IMG/VR virus record: IMGVR_UViG_3300045988_114753
Source: a virus
Length of the DNA stretch: 64,000 nucleotides
Direction: 5' to 3' (one strand)
How positions within the stretch are numbered: the first letter of the stretch is position 1; every line of letters begins with the position of its first letter. The notes below the pieces were generated by a model. The model searched no databases, was not told where the DNA came from, and was given only the letters and a program-made list of their open reading frames with translations. Positions 32,185 through 40,678 of this stretch are shown in pieces. The position numbers were made by a program, and so were the translations under genes.

Positions 32185-32455
32185 CTATCTTGATTTAGGT
32201 GATGGTGGAATGGCATATAACTACAATCGTTACACCAGAGAAGAAGCCATCGCTGAATATAAAAAGGATTATGACCGTGAACTCAATGATTGGGAACCGT
32301 TCGTTGCCTGGTATAGATACAAAACTAAAGCCGAAGTAATTGCCGACGGTGATTGGGAGGAAATTGATGGCTATGAACAAGGTTATATGACTATATTTGT
32401 AGAGTGTGAGCCTGATGATGTTGGAGCATTTAAGTGCTGGGTTATTGGAGGTTAG
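32165..32455 (+). CDS. hypothetical acidic protein
   Basis: The ATG at 32165, 8 nt after GGAGGGCG, is preferred over the track start at 32135. Confidence 0.65.
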   Translation: MAKVTVDYLDLGDGGMAYNYNRYTREEAIAEYKKDYDRELNDWEPFVAWYRYKTKAEVIADGDWEEIDGYEQGYMTIFVECEPDDVGAFKCWVIGG

Positions 32456-32456
32456 T

Positions 32457-32714
32457 ATGAAGCTATATGCACTATTTAAGGATGGCGAACTATATAGAGC
32501 GTCATACGACCAAAATACACCATTCTATATGAATATCAAGGGTGCAGAAAAAGCATTGCAATCTGTAACTAACATTAGAAATGTACCGTATGATTTAGAA
32601 GGAGCTCCTATGACGCAAAAACGAGAATACTTAGAAGAACTAAAAACGCACTTTACAATAATGGAATTTAAACTAATAAAGGAGGGTGAAGTTGATGTCA
32701 AAAGTCATATATGA
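32457..32714 (+). CDS. hypothetical protein
   Basis: The ATG at 32457, 5 nt after GGAGG, is preferred over the track start at 32406. Confidence 0.7.
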   Translation: MKLYALFKDGELYRASYDQNTPFYMNIKGAEKALQSVTNIRNVPYDLEGAPMTQKREYLEELKTHFTIMEFKLIKEGEVDVKSHI

Positions 32715-32883
32715 TTGTTGGGTGTTTGCTTGTAGAAAGTGTGGACATCTATTATTTGTAGATAAAAATAAGTCGTTAAAGAAAGTATATACCTGTGAGT
32801 GTCCAGAATGTGGAGAAGAGCCATATGAAAACTGGATAATTATGGGCGAAGGAAATGGAAAAACTTTTGAATGGAGAAGATAA
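32695..32883 (+). CDS. zinc-ribbon protein
   Basis: AAGGAGGG RBS. CRKCGH is paired with CECPECGE. Confidence 0.7.
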   Translation: MSKVIYDCWVFACRKCGHLLFVDKNKSLKKVYTCECPECGEEPYENWIIMGEGNGKTFEWRR

Positions 32884-32885
32884 GT

Positions 32886-33425
32886 ATGAATAAGAAATTA
32901 GTGGAAGAATTTGTAGATAAACATTATAGTGAAAATTTTAAAGTTATAAAGTCTTATATAGGAGGCAACTTATCATCAATAGAAATAATGCCAGCAGGTG
33001 ATGGTCAAAGTATTTATATTTGGGATGAAGACTTAGTAGAAGAAAGACCTGTAGACAACGAATTAACTATCGAGTTAAATATGCAGGTATTAGGTAATTG
33101 TCTTCAAACAGATGAAGAAGGTATGCTTGAGACAATCAATTATTTTTTAGGCAACACACCAATAGTTTGTATTTGTGCTGATTATGGTGACTTTACAGAT
33201 GTTATAGCTGTTGATGTAGATATGAGCGTCGATGATGTAGTTGAAACATACATTACACCTTTATTATGTGACATTGGTGCATTAAGTGATGACGATAGTG
33301 ATACTCTATCTTATTTAGTAAATTATTCTATATTAACATCTTCAGATGGCGTAGATATTAATGGGGTTAGAATTTATATGACCGAAATACCAAAATCTTT
33401 ATACGACACAATGGAGGAAGTATGA
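32886..33425 (+). CDS. hypothetical acidic protein
   Basis: ATG at 32886 (the track start is 32871). 180 aa. Confidence 0.7.
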   Translation: MNKKLVEEFVDKHYSENFKVIKSYIGGNLSSIEIMPAGDGQSIYIWDEDLVEERPVDNELTIELNMQVLGNCLQTDEEGMLETINYFLGNTPIVCICADYGDFTDVIAVDVDMSVDDVVETYITPLLCDIGALSDDDSDTLSYLVNYSILTSSDGVDINGVRIYMTEIPKSLYDTMEEV

Positions 33426-33694
33426 TAAAAGAATATTTATTTAAAGTCACTAAGGAGCAATATGTTAAGGTTAGTGCTACGAACAAAGAAGACGCTTATG
33501 AGTTAGCAGAAGAAAATAGCTTGATAGATACGAGCGATGAAGAAGTGACGGATATTGAATTGATAGATGTTTACGATGAAGATGTAGATGCCATATATGA
33601 TGATTATAAATTAGGAATGTATGACACAGATGAAGAGGAGGATTACAGAGATTATGACGAAGAAAGAATTAACAATTATTTTTATGGAGGCTAA
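33422..33694 (+). CDS. hypothetical extremely acidic protein
   Basis: 90 aa. The C-terminal half is almost entirely D/E/Y (DVYDEDVDAIYDDYKLGMYDTDEEEDYRDYDEE). Confidence 0.7.
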   Translation: MIKEYLFKVTKEQYVKVSATNKEDAYELAEENSLIDTSDEEVTDIELIDVYDEDVDAIYDDYKLGMYDTDEEEDYRDYDEERINNYFYGG

Positions 33695-33890
33695 GGCTAA
33701 TAAAAGCGATGTCTGTGTAGAAGTTACTATACCAGGGCAAGAGGATACAGAATATATAGTCAACAAAAATAAAAGTATAGATAACAAACTAGATTATTAC
33801 TTTCAAACATATGATGATAATTTAGTACATAAACATAATGAAGCAATACGCATAGTTAATGCTATAGATTTTTATATGGGAGGTGATTGA
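33654..33890 (+). CDS. hypothetical protein
   Basis: Track gives 33621-33890. The start is uncertain (ATG at 33654 or 33684). Confidence 0.55.
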   Translation: MTKKELTIIFMEAKANKSDVCVEVTIPGQEDTEYIVNKNKSIDNKLDYYFQTYDDNLVHKHNEAIRIVNAIDFYMGGD

Positions 33891-33891
33891 T

Positions 33892-34233
33892 TTGAATAAA
33901 ATCAAAGAGAAATTAAAAAAGATATTTTTTACAGATGAAGATGAAGTGCAGGGCGATGACTTTGCTACTAAAAGAGAAATGTTCTATTTTGTAGGAATGA
34001 TAGTTGGTATTGTTGTTTCAATATTTGTCATTTTATTCGCAGCAATTACGATGTCAATGTGTGAAGATTTAGTTGATGTGATACAAACGGACAAAGCTGA
34101 AATAAACAGATTAGGCGACTTAAATGATTATTATTCTGGGGAAGCAGCAAGGTATAAAATGATGTATGAAGACTTATACGACATTTATGTATTCCCACAA
34201 GAACAAAAGGAGGCAGGTGTTTATAATGACTGA
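33892..34233 (+). CDS. membrane protein (one TM helix)
   Basis: TTG at 33892, 6 nt after GGGAGGTG (the track starts at GTG 33883). Hydrophobic stretch FYFVGMIVGIVVSIFVILFAAITM. Confidence 0.65.
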   Translation: MNKIKEKLKKIFFTDEDEVQGDDFATKREMFYFVGMIVGIVVSIFVILFAAITMSMCEDLVDVIQTDKAEINRLGDLNDYYSGEAARYKMMYEDLYDIYVFPQEQKEAGVYND

Positions 34234-34468
34234 AGCAGAAAGATATTACTTTCAAGAATATGTTAAGGAAGTGTTTCATTACGAGCATCAATGTTCTACT
34301 GAAATACTTGCTAGGGTGCTATTATTATGCGAGCTTTTAATTGAAAAGGGTTTAATCACAGACGCAGAAGTGGCAGAGAAATTAGCTGCTCCAAATGTTG
34401 CTGAAATAATGGCGGAATTAAATTATGGTGATGACACGTGGAACCCAGAGGAGGATATTAATGATTAA
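34226..34468 (+). CDS. hypothetical protein
   Basis: The ATG at 34226 is preferred over the track start at 34166. Confidence 0.6.
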   Translation: MTEAERYYFQEYVKEVFHYEHQCSTEILARVLLLCELLIEKGLITDAEVAEKLAAPNVAEIMAELNYGDDTWNPEEDIND

Positions 34469-34859
34469 ATTTAAAAGTGAATATTTTGATACTAATAAAA
34501 ACGCAGTGCACGTTAATGATACTGATGTGCAAGAAATGATTGATGAAGTTTTAGAAAATTTAATAGCATCAAGAGAAAAGACAGATTTTTGCTTTCAAGC
34601 AACAGGAGATACTTTGGTGGCTGGTGTTAAATGGGAAGCTGAAGGAGAGATTGAAGTAATAGTAACTCAAAGGTATAATCACGCTTGTTTGTTAAAAGAT
34701 AAATATGGTAATTATCAACCTATTGATTGGTTAGAAGAACAAGAAAAAGACGAGTTATCAGATAGGTCGGTTGATGAATTAGTGGCAGAGATAATGTTAT
34801 TAAGAAAAGAACTAGAAGACCAAAGAAAACCTCAATATAATCCTAGACGCGAGGTTTAA
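34461..34859 (+). CDS. hypothetical protein
   Basis: The ATG at 34461, 6 nt after GAGGAGG, is preferred over the track start at 34425. Confidence 0.7.
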   Translation: MIKFKSEYFDTNKNAVHVNDTDVQEMIDEVLENLIASREKTDFCFQATGDTLVAGVKWEAEGEIEVIVTQRYNHACLLKDKYGNYQPIDWLEEQEKDELSDRSVDELVAEIMLLRKELEDQRKPQYNPRREV

Positions 34860-34861
34860 AT

Positions 34862-34890
34862 TTGACAAAAACAAAATAATGTGCTATTAT
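34862..34890 (+). promoter_or_regulatory. consensus sigma-A promoter (TTGACA-17-TATTAT, extended -10 TGc)
   Basis: TTGACA at 34862-34867, 17 nt spacer, TGCTATTAT ending at 34890. Internal to the + strand block. Confidence 0.65.
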
Positions 34891-34915
34891 GTATATAATA
34901 GGAGGTCTAAAAGAC

Positions 34916-35530
34916 GTGAAAAAATATAGATATTTAGCACTTTATTTTGCTATAATTTTAGTGGTTTTTACGCAATTTTCTAGTAAAAACATAGAAAAAC
35001 AAGTGAATTTAGATGCAAAAATAGAAGCTTCTGAAAATGCTATGAAAATTGAAGAAATCGATGAAAAGGAAGAAGTTGTCGAGGAGCCAATAGTTACGCC
35101 CGAACCTGTCAAAGAATATAGATACTATCGTCTTACAAGTTTTTGGGCTAACGATGGCTATGACACAACTAGTTGTACTGGCTCAGGTTTGTGTGAAAAT
35201 GATTTTTCTGTAAATGATAAAGGCTGGTATACATATAATGGCAAATTGGTATTGGCTGGAGCCACATACGAGTGCTTAAATGCTAAACGAGGTTCTTGTG
35301 GCAATTGGAATGAACAACGTAGTGACAAAAGATATTATCATTATTACGATACTGTCGAAATTATTATAGATGGTTTATCGTATGAAGGCATTATTTTAGA
35401 TAGTTGTGGTGCTTGTATGTATATTAACGGAGAAGAACGTTTAGACTTATTTGTTAGTGGTAAGGATTATGCTATTGATAGAGGATATAAAGGTAATAAT
35501 TCAGTAGCGGTGTTTAAGGAGGAGAGATAG
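34916..35530 (+). CDS. secreted/membrane-anchored 3D (RlpA/MltA-like double-psi barrel) domain protein, putative peptidoglycan hydrolase
   Basis: GTG at 34916 downstream of AGGAGG and of the promoter. N-terminal hydrophobic anchor. Pattern LTSFWANDGYD..TSCTGSG ... LVLAGAT ... IILDSCGAC...LDLFV resembles 3D-domain proteins. Confidence 0.5.
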   Translation: MKKYRYLALYFAIILVVFTQFSSKNIEKQVNLDAKIEASENAMKIEEIDEKEEVVEEPIVTPEPVKEYRYYRLTSFWANDGYDTTSCTGSGLCENDFSVNDKGWYTYNGKLVLAGATYECLNAKRGSCGNWNEQRSDKRYYHYYDTVEIIIDGLSYEGIILDSCGACMYINGEERLDLFVSGKDYAIDRGYKGNNSVAVFKEER

Positions 35531-35532
35531 AA

Positions 35533-35775
35533 ATGAATTTTATGACTGGAAACGACGGAAAACCAACAATAGTTTTACCAGAGAGTTATGGTGGCAACTG
35601 GTATCCAGCTCAATTAACTTTTGAAAGAAAGCCTTATAGATGTCCAGTGTGTTCTGGTAAAGGGCTCGTGCCTAATGGTTTTTATAGTTGCACTGGAAAC
35701 ACTATAATATCTACATCTACTGCACCAGAGCAATGTAAATCTTGTAAAGGTACTGGGGTGGTATGGAGTGATTGA
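35533..35775 (+). CDS. DnaJ-type zinc-finger (CxxCxGxG) mini-protein
   Basis: Carries CPVCSGKG and CKSCKGTG repeats. Confidence 0.65.
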   Translation: MNFMTGNDGKPTIVLPESYGGNWYPAQLTFERKPYRCPVCSGKGLVPNGFYSCTGNTIISTSTAPEQCKSCKGTGVVWSD

Positions 35776-36244
35776 TATATATGATATTTCATTTGGATGG
35801 GCTGTTTTACAAATTGGTTATTGTGTGTTCAATGCCAGTTACTTAACAGATATTAAATCTGAATTAGATTATTTGTTTTTTGATTTGGAAGGCACAGACG
35901 AATGTAGTGTTCGTAAAGTAATTTTAGAAGGTGAGAGCCAAGGAGATTTAGCACTAATATCTCATTTAACATTTGAAGATGTTAATCAATATTTACCTAC
36001 ATCAAAGCAACGTGATGCTTCTAATAATTATGATTATGTGTTAAATATTATTTGGCAAAGATTATATAGTTCTGATGCAAATAGTCTTACTATTATGAAG
36101 TTTCCCTACAAGGAATTTTTGGAAGAATATAAAGAGTTGATAAATAATATCAAAGACGATTATATTAATGGCTTTATATGCCCAGATAATGATGAAGAAT
36201 ATCGCGAGGCTATGAGTATATATGAAGGAAGAAAGGGTGAATAG
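35768..36244 (+). CDS. hypothetical protein
   Basis: 158 aa ORF with a GTG start that overlaps the upstream stop. Confidence 0.7.
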   Translation: MIDIYDISFGWAVLQIGYCVFNASYLTDIKSELDYLFFDLEGTDECSVRKVILEGESQGDLALISHLTFEDVNQYLPTSKQRDASNNYDYVLNIIWQRLYSSDANSLTIMKFPYKEFLEEYKELINNIKDDYINGFICPDNDEEYREAMSIYEGRKGE

Positions 36245-36246
36245 AA

Positions 36247-37500
36247 ATGAAAAGTTATGAGTTGCCTTTATCTCCAAATTACGTATGTAATTGGGGTGTC
36301 AAAGAGGCTATTAGAGAGTTATTACAGAATGCTATTGATGGTGAACATTGTGGTCATAAGAAGAGTATCAGGTATAATGAGGAAGAGCGAGTACTATATA
36401 TTATAAATGAAGATACCAAGTTGCCAAAATCATCTTTAGTGTTAGGATGTTCTAGTAAAGATAGTATTGATGGTATGATTGGTAAGTTTGGTGAGGGTTA
36501 TAAATTGGCATTAATAGTGCTATTGAGAAAAGGATTTAAGATAGATATTATTAACGCTGATGAAGAGTGGAAACCAAGGTTTGCCAACAGTGAAAAGTTT
36601 GATACACAAGTATTAACAATAGATGTTGAAAGCTTGTCTACTGAAGACAAGAAGTGTATCAATACAGAATTATGTTTTGCTATATATGGTATTGATAAGG
36701 AGTTGTATGATGAATTACTTGTATATTTTCCTTGTATTGATGGAGATTATGGCAATATGGTTGAGTCAGAAAATGGTTATATTTTACTAGAGCCAAAATT
36801 TAAAGGCAAAATGTATGTTGAAGGGTTGTATATCCAATCAGATGACAACTTTAAATATGGGTATAATTTTAATTCGGATGTTGTTGATTTGGATAGAGAT
36901 AGAAAGGCTATCAACTATTACGAATTAAGAAGATTGACAGCAGCATCTGTGGTTACAGCAGAAACTTGTTGTCCAGAATTATTTAAAGCAATTAGTGATA
37001 GTTATACAGACGTTAAAGATATTACTGATGTATTAGATGATGCTAGTGATGATTTTCTACAGCAATACAGGGATATGCTTTATGAAGAAAAGGGTTTAGA
37101 AGAAAATACTTTGGTAGCAACAGAGTCAGTGATGAGACAATTAGAACAAATGGATGTAGATATGCCAATAGTAAAAGGTACTGAAATAGAGAGTTATTTG
37201 ATTGCTAAGGCTAACGATAAATTAGGGTTAATATACCAAGCCAAAGAGGCGGCATCTAAAAAGAGTGATGAAGATGATGCTTGGCACTATGTTAGAAATT
37301 CTAATTGGATGTCTTTAAAGTGTTGGTTTGATAAATATTGCAAACGTATTTCTAAAGAGGGAAAAGAGCGATTTGCTTCAATAATGAATAGAATGGAACC
37401 ATCAGATTTATACCACATTAAAAAATATCTGCCAGAGGGCTTTATTTGGACAGAAGAAAATTTTGATGATTTAGAAGAACAAATTAAAAACCGAACTTAA
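36247..37500 (+). CDS. GHKL (Bergerat-fold) ATPase-like protein
   Basis: N-box-like IRELLQNAIDG and G2-like GKFGEGYK motifs in the N-terminal 90 aa. The C-terminal 300 aa are unassigned. Confidence 0.5.
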   Translation: MKSYELPLSPNYVCNWGVKEAIRELLQNAIDGEHCGHKKSIRYNEEERVLYIINEDTKLPKSSLVLGCSSKDSIDGMIGKFGEGYKLALIVLLRKGFKIDIINADEEWKPRFANSEKFDTQVLTIDVESLSTEDKKCINTELCFAIYGIDKELYDELLVYFPCIDGDYGNMVESENGYILLEPKFKGKMYVEGLYIQSDDNFKYGYNFNSDVVDLDRDRKAINYYELRRLTAASVVTAETCCPELFKAISDSYTDVKDITDVLDDASDDFLQQYRDMLYEEKGLEENTLVATESVMRQLEQMDVDMPIVKGTEIESYLIAKANDKLGLIYQAKEAASKKSDEDDAWHYVRNSNWMSLKCWFDKYCKRISKEGKERFASIMNRMEPSDLYHIKKYLPEGFIWTEENFDDLEEQIKNRT

Positions 37501-38711
37501 TCGTTCGGTTTTTTTAACCATTCAAGGAATAATGTTCTCATTCTTTTAGAGGGAATATATACATCTATTGGTTTATTATTTCTAATAGCACTTCTATATA
37601 TGAATTGAACTAATTCAGACAGTGCAAATTTATCTTCAAATTCTTTACCAACGGCAATATTATTAAATGTAAAGAAGTTTTTAATAGTGGGTTTAAAATA
37701 TCTATTGCCGATATATGCTATTGCTCTTTTATAGCTATATTCGTTAGTGGCTCTGGAATTGATTGGAGCAAAACTCTTTGTAAAACCTTTACGCTTAATT
37801 GCACCTCTATATTCTTTAAAAGTTGTCCACAGTAATTCTTTACTATTTGCCTTTGTGTGGCTTCTAAAAAAATTATAAATATTGTTTTGAAGTTTTATCA
37901 TCTCATAGCTCCTTCTCTTACGAGCAAACCACGATAAAGATAAAGATGTATTTTTATTACCTATTTCGTTTAAAGAGGTGTCGCTACATACTCTAATTAA
38001 AGATTTTGCTTTAGTATAATCATATACCTGAGGTATTGGTGTAAGCCTATAATTTTTAACATACCATTGTGTATATGTTGTTCCAAAGTAATCAAAGTAT
38101 CTTTTTTGTATTTGTCCGTCAAACATATAAGTTAGCACATATATTTCTTTGAAAGACTTAAATACCTTATATGGGAACATCCACATTAAAGATATTATTG
38201 TATTGTCTTTATCTGCGTAGGCAAAGACATTATTCATTTTTATCATTTTTTTATATTCATCAAAAGCACCTTGATAGTGTTCGTCATTCCATTCAGCCAT
38301 ATGGGTTCTAGGATGCACGGTTATCTTATTACTTAGTAATTTTAGGTCTGATTTAGATATTGGCAGTTCATCAACTACATCTGCAACTTCATCCATAACT
38401 AAGATGTAGTCTTGTAGTAATTCGATAGATATAGCCTCTTCGTCAATTTTTTTAAATAATGCGTGTGTTGTTACAATGTTTTTACTTTCTCTAATTAAAG
38501 AAGTTAAGTGTTCTATTTTAGTACCTTTTTTGTCGTTAGGTGTCGGTGATACAAAGTTCTTGTTTGGGCACGCTTTTTTTATTCTTTCAACTTCACTAAG
38601 AAATGGTGTAACAAAAAGATATTTTTGTCCGCTTGTATCTTCATTCATTTTATTTATTAGTGCTGTTGTTTTACCAATTCCACATCCCGCATCAACTACA
38701 TTGACTTTCAT
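37497..38711 (-). CDS. SF2 helicase-like P-loop ATPase
   Basis: Walker A DAGCGIGKTT, motif Ia-like LFVTPF, Walker B/DExx LVMDEVAD, and a late Q..YRSAIR arginine-finger-like motif. Convergent with the GHKL gene, overlapping it by 4 nt. Confidence 0.6.
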   Translation of the reverse strand: MKVNVVDAGCGIGKTTALINKMNEDTSGQKYLFVTPFLSEVERIKKACPNKNFVSPTPNDKKGTKIEHLTSLIRESKNIVTTHALFKKIDEEAISIELLQDYILVMDEVADVVDELPISKSDLKLLSNKITVHPRTHMAEWNDEHYQGAFDEYKKMIKMNNVFAYADKDNTIISLMWMFPYKVFKSFKEIYVLTYMFDGQIQKRYFDYFGTTYTQWYVKNYRLTPIPQVYDYTKAKSLIRVCSDTSLNEIGNKNTSLSLSWFARKRRSYEMIKLQNNIYNFFRSHTKANSKELLWTTFKEYRGAIKRKGFTKSFAPINSRATNEYSYKRAIAYIGNRYFKPTIKNFFTFNNIAVGKEFEDKFALSELVQFIYRSAIRNNKPIDVYIPSKRMRTLFLEWLKKPND

Positions 38712-39411
38712 CTTTTATCCCTCCTTTATTAACAAACAGTTTTAAAGCTCTTATGATGTCCTCATTATTATTTAATGACATTTTATAAAGCAAGTCAAGA
38801 CCATCATTTTCGTATATGAATTGTATGATTTTATTTTGGCATTTAAAATTTTTACCTTGGCACTGTAAACATTTACTATTTTTGGTCTTCTTCTCTCCAA
38901 AGTATCTAACTCTATCTGGATAGTAATAGCCACACTCATTACATTTTTTCCACCTATCTGTATTTTTTAGTTTTAAGTCATTTTCAATACACATTACAGA
39001 CCAAATATCGTAATCTTTTAAGTTTGGTGGAGTGTTGATGTAGAGAGGGTCTAATTCATTAGGGGTTTTGACATTGAAGAATAAACAAGCTTCATAGAAA
39101 CCTTTCTCACGGGATGAATAGATATGCTTATTATCAACTCTTCTTATTTCCATATGTCTTAAAAGATATTTAACACCATTTTCGTTTATAAACCACATCT
39201 TAATATTTCTATATGCTCCAGGTCTATTTGGGTTATATTCAAATACTTTCATATAACGAGATATAGCACTATCTCTAAAACTAGATACTTTGTCGTATTT
39301 ACATAATATTTTTGTCAAAAAACTTTTTAGGGGATACCATTTAACCCCCTCTTCATCAGTTAGTTGGTCTAAGACCTTTTCACCTATATATACTTGCTGT
39401 ATTGTAAACAT
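38692..39411 (-). CDS. hypothetical protein with C-terminal zinc ribbon
   Basis: Carries CNECGY ... CLQCQGKNFKC. Track gives 38692-39456. The start was moved downstream of the predicted promoter (ATG at 39411 after GGTGAT, or 39423). Confidence 0.65.
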   Translation of the reverse strand: MFTIQQVYIGEKVLDQLTDEEGVKWYPLKSFLTKILCKYDKVSSFRDSAISRYMKVFEYNPNRPGAYRNIKMWFINENGVKYLLRHMEIRRVDNKHIYSSREKGFYEACLFFNVKTPNELDPLYINTPPNLKDYDIWSVMCIENDLKLKNTDRWKKCNECGYYYPDRVRYFGEKKTKNSKCLQCQGKNFKCQNKIIQFIYENDGLDLLYKMSLNNNEDIIRALKLFVNKGGIKDESQCS

Positions 39412-39427
39412 AATTATCACCATTGTT

Positions 39428-39456
39428 ATTCTAACATATATCTTAAGATTTGTCAA
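39428..39456 (-). promoter_or_regulatory. sigma-A promoter (TTGACA-17-TAGAAT)
   Basis: The - strand TTGACA (39456-39451) is the left arm of the palindrome ATTTGTCAA-attatta-TTGACAAAT. Confidence 0.6.
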
Positions 39457-39463
39457 ATTATTA

Positions 39464-39492
39464 TTGACAAATTCGTATTTTTTTGTTATAAT
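39464..39492 (+). promoter_or_regulatory. perfect consensus sigma-A promoter (TTGACA-17-TATAAT, extended -10 TGt)
   Basis: TTGACA at 39464-39469, 17 nt spacer, TGTTATAAT ending at 39492. The -35 is the right arm of the same palindrome. Confidence 0.75.
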
Positions 39493-39528
39493 ATGTATGT
39501 AAGGTAGGATAAAGAGAGGAGGTCTGTG

Positions 39529-40119
39529 ATGACAACTATTTATGTTGATTTTGATAATACAATAGTCGAGAGTAATCAGAAGATTATTGAGTTATTAAAT
39601 GAAAGATATGGTTTATCTAAAACAGAAGCAGATTTACTTGATTACGGATACCAATCCATAGCTCCAATTACCGAAGAAGAAAAAATTGCGTTATTTGAGA
39701 GCGATGACTTTTTTAATAATTTAAAATTTAAAAGTGACTTTTTAAAAGTTTTTAATAAATACTGCGGGCAAGTAGAATTTATTGTTACTACAAAAGGCAC
39801 TCCGAATAATTTATTAAAAAAAGAAGCCTGGATTAAAGAACACATCCCATATCAGGTGAAATTTGTTGGTATAACTAATGACAGCCTAAGTAAAAAACAA
39901 GTTGATATGTCAGATGGTATACAGATAGATGATTGTACGGCGGCTTTAGACACAAACGCTAGTTTAAAGATTTTATACAAAGACAATCATAATTTTAGTT
40001 GGCAGTCTGATTATAGTAATACAGATATAATGGTTGTAAATAATTGGAAAGAAATAGATGAAATAATATCTTTCTATTCCACATATGATTATAAAACATT
40101 AAGTAAAAAAGGAGAGTAA
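39529..40119 (+). CDS. HAD-superfamily 5'(3')-deoxyribonucleotidase-like protein
   Basis: DxDxT motif (VDFDNT) at the N-terminus, then IVTTKG and a later IQIDDC acidic motif. Confidence 0.6.
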   Translation: MTTIYVDFDNTIVESNQKIIELLNERYGLSKTEADLLDYGYQSIAPITEEEKIALFESDDFFNNLKFKSDFLKVFNKYCGQVEFIVTTKGTPNNLLKKEAWIKEHIPYQVKFVGITNDSLSKKQVDMSDGIQIDDCTAALDTNASLKILYKDNHNFSWQSDYSNTDIMVVNNWKEIDEIISFYSTYDYKTLSKKGE

Positions 40120-40122
40120 CAG

Positions 40123-40665
40123 ATGAAGAAAATAATTTTATTTAGTGGTAAAGCAGAAAATGGTAAAACTACAGCCGCTGAATTATTAAAGGATATTTTG
40201 GAGTCTGAAGGTCAAAGTGTTGTCATTACGAGATACGCTTATTACCTAAAGGATTTAGCAAAAAGATATTGTAATTGGGATGGACAAAAAGATGAGGCTG
40301 GTCGTCGTTTATTACAAGTATTAGGGACTGATATTATTAGGCAAAAATTAAACAAGCCAAATTTTCACGTTGGTGGAATTTGTGAAGATATAGAGATATG
40401 CCAAGATTGCGTGGATTATGTTTTAATTGATGATACAAGATTTGAAAATGAGATATATTATCCAAAGGCTATGTTTGGTGATAAGGTGGTAGCAATAAGA
40501 GTAATAAGAACTACGCCAGATTTTCATTCGCATCTTAGTGAAGAGCAACTAAATCATAGAAGTGAGACGGCATTAGATAACTTTAAAGGTTTTGACTTCG
40601 TGGTTGAAGCGAAGGATATTGATGAATTAAAGTCTGCTATGCAAGAATTAAGTAAATCTATTTAG
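40123..40665 (+). CDS. deoxynucleoside monophosphate kinase-like P-loop protein
   Basis: Walker A FSGKAENGKTT plus IDDTRFENE, which resembles the DVRFxNE hallmark of phage dNMP kinases. Confidence 0.6.
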   Translation: MKKIILFSGKAENGKTTAAELLKDILESEGQSVVITRYAYYLKDLAKRYCNWDGQKDEAGRRLLQVLGTDIIRQKLNKPNFHVGGICEDIEICQDCVDYVLIDDTRFENEIYYPKAMFGDKVVAIRVIRTTPDFHSHLSEEQLNHRSETALDNFKGFDFVVEAKDIDELKSAMQELSKSI

Positions 40666-40678
40666 GAGGAGTGATAAC

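Noticed and set aside
31854-32216. 120 aa - strand ORF, and 32195-32380, 34046-34291, 36062-36277 (-)
   Set aside because: They are antisense to densely packed + strand genes that have good RBSs. No promoter or RBS supports them.
38476-39502. + strand ORFs 38476-38745 and 39290-39502, and - strand ORF 39642-39845
   Set aside because: They are antisense to the SF2-like ATPase, the Zn-ribbon gene and the HAD gene respectively, and have no translation signals.
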